Part shown: piece after piece, positions 47,601 through 59,327 of the stretch
How positions within the stretch are numbered: position 1 is the stretch's first letter
Layout of the letters: the number at the start of each line of letters is the position of its first letter
Origin: Yuukianura sp. NJ FZ-2021
Taxonomy: Eukaryota
NCBI GenBank assembly: GCA_046563655.1
Contig: CM102290.1
Location: 8,804,001 to 8,868,000, forward strand
Direction: 5' to 3'
Length of the DNA stretch: 64,000 nucleotides
Translations under genes and position numbers: made by a program
The notes under the pieces: generated by a model
The model's database searches: none
What the model was told of the DNA's origin: nothing
The model's input: only the letters and a program-made list of their open reading frames with translations

Positions 47601-50263
47601 ATGTTGTTTGATTTGATTGACCGACGATGTTGTTTTTGTTACGCGTGTTTGGCTAGAGTCAAACAATCAAGGGCTCCCTTCGGTTCAAGTCACCCTCCCT
47701 TCCAGAGATCTAGATGTCATTGAAAGTGAATCTGGCAGTACGAATAGGATTATTGCTCAAATCAATCACTGGCAACAGTCTAAAGTAAAATGTGAAAAAA
47801 CATCGCTTAAACTCCGCTTACAAAAGAAACAGTCAAATAGAAACAATATGCTTAGGCAATAAAAGTCAGATTGAAGCCTACGAGCGTCTGCTACGCACGC
47901 GTGGAGGTGCTAACTTCTTAATCCCTTGCCAAAGTCCATACTTTGCATAATTCTATTGTTGGTTTTAATATGTTAGGGGACCGTGGTTGGTAAATATTTG
48001 CAAAAGTCTATTAATACAACAATTTGGCGGTGGAAAGTATGAATTTCATTATAGTTTAAGTGTATAAAAATATTATAAAGTAGATGTGTTTGAAATTTTG
48101 TGATGTCCGTTGATTTTGGTTCCATACAAAACTTTACACGCGGAATTAATTTTTGTAGTGAAAGTAAACCAAAATAGCGACACTTTCATTTGAAGAAAAA
48201 TGAAAGCCATGATTCGTTTTTTAGGTGTAAGGAGATCCAATGGCGTCTTGGAATGGATACCAAAATGGCAGTTTGGAAATGACAACCTTAAATATTTGTA
48301 GATCGGAAGTAGTAAAGTGTGGAAATATTTTTAAAAGTGGAAGTGAAACGGGAGAGAGTGCCAAAGTTAGGTTCATCGCCGACACTTAGATGACATCTCC
48401 AAAGCCAAACAGAGTCTAATAACCTCCGACCTCTTCCGTTGCATCTCCTCCCATCTGGATTTTGACACCATTCGTTCTGTCTAAACCAACAAGAATTTAC
48501 GCCTAATTAGCCCTCTGCTGCTCCTGCACAGACTCAAAGAACTGCCAATAACTTCTAAAGTCACGAAAATACAATGAACACACTTCCCGGTTGCTTTCAC
48601 TGTCAACAATTTTAAAATTTAGTCCAGATCCAACATAAATAAAACCGAAAATCATATTTAAAATGAATTTAAAAAAAATACCATTTGTAACATTTTGGTA
48701 ATACAGAATATTAACACTCACCTCACCAGCATTGAAAAACTGTACATCTAAAGTAACAAATTCCTTAAATTTTCATGCGATGATACTACATCCAACGTTT
48801 TAAAACAAACTTGAAGGGATCAGCTACGTATGATTTTGTCAATTTGAAATTGTGTAGCCCTTGACAGATCGGTTACAAGATGATTGGTGTGTCAACTTCC
48901 TGGATCACACATGACCCCTTGTATTTTGGCAACCCTTCTAGTAGCCCCTTCATTTCCGATACCCACTCATGCTAAACAAATGAGGTTTTAACAGTAAAAA
49001 AGGCGAATCTGAGGACCAGGAATCGTAATGGTTCAAGGGCCATTGAATCCTCGCCCATTTTGATTTCGGAAATGAAGACGACACAGCCATAAGGGTATCT
49101 CCGACCCGATTTACTGTTCAAATAAATGTTTCTTTTTAAAAAGCTACTGCAACGCTTTTCTAATCACAGCAGGACCATTGGAAGGCACTATATATGCCTC
49201 TCTCTCCAAAATCCTAATCGATTTAATGGAAAAACGTTTTCAGAGACTCTGGCTATGCAAATTTCCTCTGCAAAGTTCATCTGAAACAAAGTAGCAATTT
49301 TCGACACAGAAATACCCGAAAAACCTGCGCACTTAGTAGGAGAATAAATTGAATTGAATTGAATTGAAATATCCAAAACTTCCAAGTTTCTAAGGAACTT
49401 GTTAGATAATAATTTTGGAAAAGGAAAAGCGAACGACATATTATACAAAACGAACCGAAAAGTTAGGACATCATCGGATTATGAATGCTAAGATGCTTAC
49501 ATTTTCCCAACATAAGTTGTAGTAAAGTAGTAGCCTTGTTTAAATTTCATACAGTAGAGGACTTAGAGCACATCCCTTTGATCATTTCATTTCAGTTTTT
49601 AAACCGAAGTTGGTTTACAAAATGAAACAAGTTATAGCGTCCTTAATTTCTATTCCGCCTTTTGAAAATGAGTCAACTGTTTGAAAAGAAAAGTTCTTGT
49701 TTGATAATTAATCAAACTCGACGAATTTTATACATTCAAATTACTTTCGCAACAAAATAAATACTTGAGTACTTGAAAATTAACTAAACGCTTAAAGAAT
49801 CTTGTTCAATTTAGACAATGCAATTCGAAAAACTGGAATAGAACTTGGTAGAAGCGAGGAATATGACAATGGTTTTTTTTTAAAGCAATTTTAAAATCAT
49901 TTTTCAAACCGACACGACAGCCATCTACAAAGGATGAATCGAATTTGAACAATCCCTGGCACGAAAACGCTACGCTACATTACTCCAAGCAGCGAATGGT
50001 GGCTCTCTCGACTTGGAAAAATTTTTGAACCACGCTTAAGCCTGGGTGAAAGCTCAAAGCATAATTAAACTGTGCCTACAATTTCAAAATCTATTCCAAT
50101 TTGATACCTGTAATTTGTACTACTGATTCATTGAATTTAGAGTGTTGGTTTGAAGACAAAATGTAACTGAAACTTAAATAAAGGCATTAATTTAGTTTCA
50201 AATTAAAACAATATTGAAACAAAAATAAACGAGGAAGCCAACTCCTGTTCAATACATCAAAGA

Positions 50264-50507
50264 TTTCAATAACCTCCACCAACGCATTCCGTGTAAGCTG
50301 TCTGACTCGAAATTATGGCTCATGGTGTACATTTTATAGTAAAAGCAGCGTACAATTTATGAAACCTTAGTTTGTAAGGACACAAGTGTCTAATCTGTCT
50401 GCCAAAGTAAGATTGCATCTTATTTATTGAATTGAATTATTTCTCATATTTCATCCACTTCTGCTTTTCTTCTACCGTTGCTCTTTGCCATACAAAACTT
50501 TCTCTTT
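50264..50507. repeat. diverged ~240-bp direct repeat, copy 1 (partner at 54225-54462)
   Basis: Colinear shared blocks: tttcaataa, caacgcat, tgtaagctgt, aaattatgg, gtacattttatag, gcatcttatttattgaatt, tgcttttcttct, tacaaaactttc. Confidence 0.85.
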
Positions 50508-51996
50508 CTGTTTTTAACAATCTTACACAGAAATCTGGTAGTTTTCTTCAAATCATGGTCAACTTCGATTAGTATGAGCCTAGTTTGTTTTCAGAAAAAG
50601 AGCTCCAGAAAAATGAATTATGTTTGTTTTTCCAAAAAATTCATCTTCTTCATCATCACCATGAATGGACTTCCATGCGTTCTTTTCTTTTACAAAGTGA
50701 ACTTGAGTTTACCTAAACTGGATATCCCTTATTCCTACGGTGTTTCCGCCTCAACACTTTTCCGCAATCCGAATTTTGCAAGGTTAAGTTTAGCCTCATA
50801 CCGAATTCCACATACGCAATGTGCTAGTCGAATACAGATCTGATAGTTTTTGACCATTGAGGTAGCGGAAAGCCTTCATAATTAAAGAATTGAGGAGACC
50901 ATTTTCACCTGGGAATTACAGGGTGCATCCGTCAAAAGGAGAACGCCGACAGGGAATGTTTTGAATTCTAAACGCTTGCCGCCAGAACTTATGCACTGAC
51001 AAGATCTGTGTTACCTTTGAGAACGTTGGAGGAGGAACACTCAATCTGTGCCAGCCAAACTCCAAATCGGTAAGAACTCTTACTGGAAAAGGCCTTCATT
51101 TTAAAGTCAGGAAACGTCGAGTTCAGAATTTATGTTAGTTAGGTGTAAATAGACTAGAGCCAAACATTATTCAGGGCAAAAACATAATTTAAACAATAAA
51201 AAATATACTAATTTCAAATAAAACAAAGTACAAAGTCTCACAATGTTGGTCACTCTGCTTCCCACTAAAACAAGGAGTTTATAATATTATGCCTCAGCTT
51301 TCCAATTTAAAATAGTAGCCAATGATTTTAATTGATAATTGTTATTATAATCGGCAACGACGTCACGTGATGGTTGTGTTTACTTCAAAGATAGCTAAGC
51401 CGTCAAGTTCAAACCAAAACTTAAAAATAAAAAAAAATCTACAAAATTGCTGGTACACTACACTACACTATTTGTACCTCAATCTACTTACCCAAATTCC
51501 AACTATAAAATATAGCCGTACGTCTTTCGCTCATTTAACAGTAGTGAAAGTATTTAAGTACTACAATAATTGAAATAATAAATTAAAGAAAAGATGAACG
51601 TTGAATGAAATCTCAATGTAGAGCATGCTAGTACTAAGTATTTAATTAATTGTAACTTTATCACGTAACAATTTGATAATTATATAATTTGTATGTATTC
51701 GATGTCATGTGGCAATACTTAAATATTTCAACACAACTTATTCCTTTGTAGACCTTAGCTTGAAAACTGCCAAAGCGTAATTGGGGAAAGTGTTGTTAAA
51801 GAAAATATCAATTGAAAATCTTGATTTAAGTTCAAAATTCGTAATACATTACAACTTACAAATACAGAAGTCAAGTGATATTTGGTTTTATTTTGCTATA
51901 ATTAAAAGTTAATTAGTAGTGATTAAGACACATTGAGGTAGTTTTGGCACACATGCGCTTTTCTATGACTTGAGCACTTTTGCTGGAAAATATGCA

Positions 51997-54900
51997 TTAT
52001 ACTGTTGATTCATAAATTGTAATTTGAATTAATCTAGGTTCATCCGACTCTACCACATCCATGTCAAATCCATCTTGATTCTCCCAAAATTTCTTCCAAA
52101 TGCTCCCCTCTCGTTTCGTTTTCCCGGAATTCATAGAGGCGAGTGCTTTCTTCAAAACTCGTAAGTCCTGCAGCACGTTTACATCCAAGTTAATGTTGTC
52201 ACCATACCTTTCGTTTTAAAAAATACAATAGAGATTAGTGAAAGTCTTAGTCTGAAGTACTATTTTGTAGCGATAAAAGTTATAAGTACTTTCGTAGCGT
52301 GTCTGCCAGCGGTCCCGACAAGCCCTGCAACCGCATCGAAAGTTCTCGCATCTTCTTCCACGAATCAGCGTATTGGATTCGAACCAGTTCAATCGCTGTT
52401 GACATCACAGCCAGCCCAATCATTATGTACAGAATTACAACAACTATGGTGATCCTATGTTCGCCGTCTAAAATTTAACGAATGTTATCAATTTTCATGT
52501 TCTTCGTCATGTTCCGGACACATAAGACTGCCCGAGCTTCAAAATGAATGTGATTACGTTTAGGAAATCTTACTTGGAACTAAGTCACCGAATCCAATTG
52601 TTGTGATTGTTATGAAAGAAAAGTAAAGCGCCTCAAAGAACTCCCAATTTTCAAGGGAAACAAACAGTGCACCACCAAGGACGATGTACAGTAGCATAAT
52701 CACAATTGTTCCACCAACAGTAACGCACTTTCCTACAAAAAAAAATCATAGGGAAAATTGAAATTTTTTAATTTCGCTTCACCAGAATTAATTAATTCAC
52801 TACTTAGAATTGATTAAACCCTTGAAAAATTTGTTACATCCAGAACCAGAAATTACATGTGGTAAATACCAAAGTACAAAATATTTTTCAAATTAGTTGC
52901 AAAAAACACCAATTTTTCAATTTTGCAATCTCTGTTTATGTTTGACAGAACTTATTTTCCTACTGCCCGTGATTGTTTTTACAGAAATTTTTATTGCTTA
53001 GCATATTTCCATTGGAATCTGGAAGAGGCAAATGAAATTTGGCAGTTGACACTTGTTTACAACCGTAAAATGCCGCTGAGAGCCGCACTCAAAAGTTCTT
53101 TGTAAACGATATGCCTCACACCGTGAAGTTCATTTTATAACCCCCCTACGTCGAATCACGTCAACTACAACCTTTGCTTTTACATTGATTTGAAAACAAC
53201 CGAATTTTCATCAAAATCAAACCAGAAAGTTCTTTCAAAATTAAATGCAATGTTATCCATACCATATTTTTTGCTGATTTTGGAAAAGACTGATTTCCGG
53301 GGAAAGTGCGTTTTAATTTTCTTGTACGAGTAGCTTAGAAGGGCTGCCATCATTTTCCCCAGGTCTGCTATCACAGTCAGTGTAAGTGGGATCCCAATCA
53401 AGGCGAAGAAAATACAAAAGACTCTGCCTTCCACCGTTTGCGGAGCCATATTACCATAACCTGTTGAATTCAAAATTAAAACCACCATTCAGTTCATATG
53501 TTGGATAATGCTTCGCTAGGGGGCCTCCTTATAAGTAGTGGATATGATCTAGTGAACTTTGACCTCCGGAAATGAACAATGAAAGTGCCAAGACTAAAAT
53601 GGTCTTGGTCTTCCGAGTATTATTGGCGGAATTTTTAAAAAGATCAAAGGTCAAAGCATGTCAAAATACTTGACTCAAGCCGCCACTCATGTCTTTTAGA
53701 ACTGACAGACAGTTCACAGAGACGCTTCACTGAAAACGAAATATTTTCAGGGAAACGACAACTTAAAAAGAACACTTTTTTGCAGGACTGTAAAATCTTC
53801 AGTGTAAATTCAATTCATACCACTGCAAAAGCAACAAGACAACCCTATACTAGTGATAAAAATAGTCTTCTCAAAATTTAGTAAGATTTAGGACCCTTGA
53901 TGTTTCTAGTGGATTTACGGTAATGAAATCTCACCTATTGTAGTGAGCACCGTGGATGCGAAGAAAGCAGATTGGTGGTAGTTCCATCTGAGAGTTTGAA
54001 TTTCTTCAACATTTGTTGCGTTGAGAAACAGCATCAAGTCATTGTTAAATAGATCGTCAATTACATTCTCGTAGTTTCGGAGGTATCCTTCCAGAGTTCG
54101 ATCGAGACCATTAACCTAAAAACGAACATTCAACATAACATTCGGTTTCTCGTTTCATATTTACACTTTTATTAATCATAGGAGGAAAGAGAGTCTAGGC
54201 AATGCGCTCAGCCAAGCGGCTCTGTTTCAATAATCTCCGCCAACGCATCTAATGTAAGCTGTTCAAACCAAAATTATGGGTCATGGGGTACATTTTATAG
54301 CATCTAAAATTTATGTAACTTTACTTTTTTAAAGACAGAATGGTCTAAGCTATATGTCAAAGGAAGATCGCATCTTATTTATTGAATTAAATTACTTTTC
54401 ATACTTTATCTGATTTTGCTTTTCTTCTCCATTGCTATTTGCCCTACAAAACTTTCCCTTTTAGATTTTTTGTATTTTTCAGCAAAAACCAAACAGTTTC
54501 ATTGAAAGCAATTTTTAGACGTAGGAAAATATCTCACTGAATAATAGCTGAAGAATGAGTAGATAAAATTATTTTTTGTTAATTAGTTATTGTTTAGACT
54601 ATAAAGTTTAAAATATTTGTTTGAATTTTACTGACGCCACTTATAATTGCAGTTTTGAATTCGGTTCTTGCATGATGCAGTTCGTCGAACGTCAATTTCT
54701 TCTGCTTCGTTTCCTCTCCTGATTCAAGAGCCATGAAAGCCTAGAACACACAAATTTGAATTGATTTAATAAAGTTGGATGGCTCATTTACTAATTAAAA
54801 GTCATCTCATCATTAATTCTACTTTAAAGTTTTACGCTCCACCTACTACTCCAGTCTTCAATTCCAAACTAATTTTGTTACGGCACGGAAGTTAGGAAAA

Positions 54901-57328
54901 ATATGAAAGAAAAAAGTTTGATGGTTTTTTGATGATGATTTGGATGGGAGGAGGACTTTGAAAACGAAACGAAGGGCGTTGACTCCGTCCTTATTCATTT
55001 TCAAATTAAACTTAATCTAAGATCTCTTTTTGTAATCAAATCATTTTGTTTCAATCAGAAGATGAGCAAATTCCAAGAGAAGAAGCCAAAAAGGAGTTCA
55101 ACTTTTTCAAAACTTTACCTAAGGTAAAGCATTCCGAACTTTCCCAAAATTCTACAAATAACCGAAAGTAAATGGAAAAAGAAGCCAACTTTTGGCAACC
55201 ACTTAACAACCCAAGGAGGAATTGAATCATCTTCAAAGCACATCTTCCCAAACCCTACATTTTTTGCACATTAACTTTGCTGTGTGGTTTTCTTTATACT
55301 TTGAGTACCGCCTGTTCGTCAACTTAAAGTTCAATTTCATTTCTTTCCTTGGACCATTACGTAATGAAATTGCAAAAAGAAATCCGAAAGGAACCAGGGC
55401 ATGTTATCTTGTTCTTTGCAGTTCGTGATCTATAAATAACAGGATTCCACACTGTTACTGTTATTTCTTTATTAGTCTTATATTCCATTTATTAGAGTCA
55501 CAAGACCAAGTCCAGAGTACGCCCTGGATTAAACATAGCACAAATAAAGACGATTCAAGAGTTATAGTTTCATATAGCAGAAGTAGGAAGAAAGTGAAAA
55601 GCTTTACTGTTATTTTGACGCGTTTTGACACAACTAACTTAATCTTAGCGACTATGACTTCATACTTGCAATACCCAACTTTGTCCTAGTTTTCTAAACC
55701 AAATTGGCTAAATTTGGATAAATTCATTTTCCGCGTTTGCTTTTTGGTCTAGACTTCGCTTCAAACTTAAAAAAAAAACAGAACCTTTTTTTTTCAAGTT
55801 TGAACTTTTACCGTGTATTCCACAAACACAAAACGATGCTAAAATTACAACATTTTTTCTGCAAACAAATGGATTGGATGAATGCCCAACTTTATTTCTG
55901 CAAACATGATCATCTAACCCCTCGCTCTCTAGAGTCAATTAAGACCATAACACCTTCACGTTCTAAAAACTTGTACGCTGTTAGGGTTGCCTAAACCTAA
56001 CTTGAATTTCGACTAGACAGCACTTTAGACCTTGATCAACGAAGGTACAAAGGCGCTTAGAAATGGCGGAGTTGTAAAGTGTTAGGAGCGTCACTCCGTC
56101 ATCAAATCGCTTTAGCTGTACTCACGTCTTTTCCTTCCTGTCCCTAACCATAAGCATCGTAAAGAATTCGAAGCTGTAAAGTTGGTTTTTTTGAAAGTGA
56201 CGGTGTGAAGAGACTGTTGACATTTCTTAATCGTAGTCACTGCAGCGCAAATTTTATTTATAGAACAGCGCTGAATAAGACAACAACGTTGGACGTAGAC
56301 AAATTCTAAGACGCTTACTTCGTCTGTAGTTTGCAAAGTGACTCATATGCTGCTTACTGGGCGTGCACTCAAACTGAAAAGTATCTCAAAGTGACAATTG
56401 TCTTCTTGAAAGTACAAAACAGGCTTTTGTCTTCCATTGAATTCTCTACGGGGTACTTTTGGCCTGACTACCAGAATGAGGAAATCACAAATCAACTGCT
56501 TTTTCCATCCGCTTTATGCTTTTGTGACTTTCAAAAACAAATTGTTGGCCAAGTTCGTTACATTTCTGACTAAGAGTAATACCCTACATGTTGTAGCATA
56601 ACTGGAAAAACTACCCAACTAATCAAAGCTAACATGTTTTAAAATTTTAAACCAGAAGTAACTCTGATGACAAATGATGACTTCTGTTTGAAAAAGTTCC
56701 GAGGGAACTCTCCAACGTATCATATGTCCTCTTACGTCGCGACAAAAATGCTGGGGAAAATTGGTTAAAGGGAAAGCGTGATCGCAAATTTCTTTTTGCA
56801 TGGACATGCATTATTTGTCCGATTGTGCATTTGCAAAAAAGTAGCGCATTAAGGACTAAAAAGACGCCATACGAAGCAGTCATTTATCATACAAGTTTTA
56901 AGACGACACCATTCACTCCCACTCTAAGATTTATGAAAGCCCTCTAAGACTTTCAGCAAGTCCCCTTAGTTTTGATTGACTGCAAATGGAGCGCTGCGTG
57001 TTCAAATTGCACCAATTTTCTAAATTTCCACTACCACTCTGTTTTATTTTCTCATTTTGTGAAAAAGTGTTCTGGTTCCAGGAAATGATTAGACTTCCGG
57101 GACTTAAGGTTGAATTTAAGATCTACTTTTTAGAAAAACAAAAACAGGGAAGCAAAGCCTTACCCAAGCTCCAAGCCCAGTATAAACGATGAGGCCAATA
57201 AACAGCCCGACATGCCCAAAGTATTTTTTGGCATTAGCAAATCTAGATGCCTTTCCTGATGGAGTAGCATCAGTATCCCAGGCAACAGCCTTCCTGGATC
57301 CAGATTCACCTTCTTCTCCTGTGCCCAT
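51997..57328 (-). CDS. two-pore-domain (K2P/KCNK/TWiK family) potassium channel, 398 aa; exons 57328-57164, 54740-54636, 54115-53935, 53460-53263, 52732-52574, 52467-52290, 52207-51997
   Basis: M1 HVGLFIGLIVYTGLGAWAFMALE; P1 WNYHQSAFFASTVLTTIGYGNMAP; M2 GRVFCIFFALIGIPLTLTVIADLG; M3 IMLLYIVLGGALF; P2 WEFFEALYFSFITITTIGFGDLVP; M4 LYIMIGLAVMSTAIELV; ends IQITIYESTV*. GT-AG introns with consistent phases, 1197 nt. The N-terminus is less certain. Confidence 0.93.
54225..54462. repeat. diverged ~240-bp direct repeat, copy 2 (within K2P intron 2)
   Basis: Same colinear blocks as 50264-50507, same orientation. Confidence 0.85.
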
Positions 57329-59327
57329 TGTCTTAAACAATGGTGGCCACTTTGAACCAAAAGTTGGAACACTGATTGGCAGGTCAAAAAAACTCCTACT
57401 TCAATGCTTTTTTGTGGTCTGGGTCAAAAGCACTTTATTAAATTTTGGTTAATGTAAACCTGACACAATGTAACCGTTTGATACAATAAGAAGGGAAAGT
57501 TAGTGCTCAATAAGCAGCGGACGCTTTTTCTCTTGTATCTCGTAACACGTTGAAACTGAAAATGAAAATTTCGGGTTTCCTCTTAAACCGGCGCCTCTGT
57601 TCTGGATGAAAAAGTTCGGATAGCCGAATCTTCCCTTTATCTTTCTCGCTTCCTCCGCATCTTTCACCCACGTCTTTTTTCGCGGAAAATCCCTCGTTTT
57701 GCCAAATTTCATATCCACTTTCACATCTTCCACATCAAAAGACAGTAGCTTTTTTGTATTCAGTTTCATATTCATCTGCATTACAATTAGGGGGTGAATT
57801 TAGAAAAGTAATCCATTTGTTTGAAGACATTTTAAAAGTGAAAAGAATACGAAACAAAAGAGACGAGAGAGAAGCAGGAATTATGCTCTAGATAAGATCT
57901 TTGAAAAATCTTTGATATGAAAGTGAAAGTTTAACATTTTATGCTTTCATTCGTATAAATAAAACAAAAGGCATTTTTGTGCTTGCATTCCACCTTATAG
58001 TCAGATTTAGAAACTTTTCCACTTTTTTTCTTCTTGAAGCTTTGCATTTGTTTCCAGATTTAAATCTTTAAATCAGCACTGTCTAACTCCCAGCAGCCTC
58101 TAGAAGAAGAAACTTTTCGATTTAAAAAATGTAGGAAGCTTAGAGAGTAGATTGGCAAGCTAAAGGTAGTAGACACCTTATAGCCTTGAACTAAGCAAGT
58201 TTGCAAATTACATGGGAAATTCTCATGTAAGGTTAGTTTATGTTGGTTGGGATATGAGACGCGATGGATGCGAATAACGACTTTATAGGGGACTTTATGT
58301 TGCTGGGGACCATGTTTGTGGTAAGAAGACAATAATGGTTTTCAGAGGAGTTATTCACAATAGAATGTGGGAAATAAAGGCCCCTTAAGTCCCTAGAGGA
58401 ACAATTACAAGATTTTTAGATTGTCCAAGGGACTCACTTTTCCACTTCCCGCCAAATATATCTTTCTTAACAATAGAAACGTCGTTCTGGACAATGCGGC
58501 CACAGGATTTTATTATGTCAATTCCTCCAATGCCACATATGCCTTATATGGTTATCATATTGAGCAGTTGAATGTAAATAGTTATGCTTAAGTCCAATTC
58601 TAGATCATAGAACCTCAAGTTCACTTTGACCTCGCCATAGCCTTTTACGTTAACGCAAAGTGCTGAAAACTACGATGAGGTGCAGAGAGCCAATCACGCA
58701 ACGCAATCGAATATTATCAATGTCTTAATTAGAATGTTTGTTATGTGCAGCAAAAATGTATTCTTATCCTTGTCGTATTAATCATATATGAAGTTAGAAA
58801 CTTTAATTTAGTAGTTGCGATCATTTGAAGTATATGGCAATTGTTCACACACAACGTTCCAGCTTCCAGCTTGTTTTTTTTTTCTATAGCGTTATTTCTA
58901 AATTATTTTCCTATATTCATCTATATTCATGTTTTTGAGAAATTGTTTCAAAAACAAATGAAGATTCCCCTCGCATAATGTTTGAAACCAGTTTTAAATG
59001 CCACAGTATTTTTCGTGGAGCTTCCTTTACTAGGTATGTAAAATTTAACGCCAGCGGTTGTGGTGTTGTTTTACATAAACCCACCAAAAACCACTTTATT
59101 ACAGCAGTTGTGATAGGGACAGATTAACGACCTTGGCCTTGACCACTCTTTGATTATGCTGCTGAACGGCCTAATAACTACAAAAATTGTGTGCAGTTTA
59201 AACAACAAACTTCAATCCAGAAACTGAATTTGGTAGGAAACTACAGCAGGTTGAGTCTGTCAATAGTCAGTGAAATTCCTGGTTTGTACAAACTAGTTTC
59301 GGACAAGCAGAACAAGAGTTTTCCAAA

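Noticed and set aside
49966..50030. Ankyrin-repeat-like fragment TLLQAANGGSLDLEKFL
   Set aside because: Single short imperfect match with an indel relative to the consensus and no neighbouring repeats.
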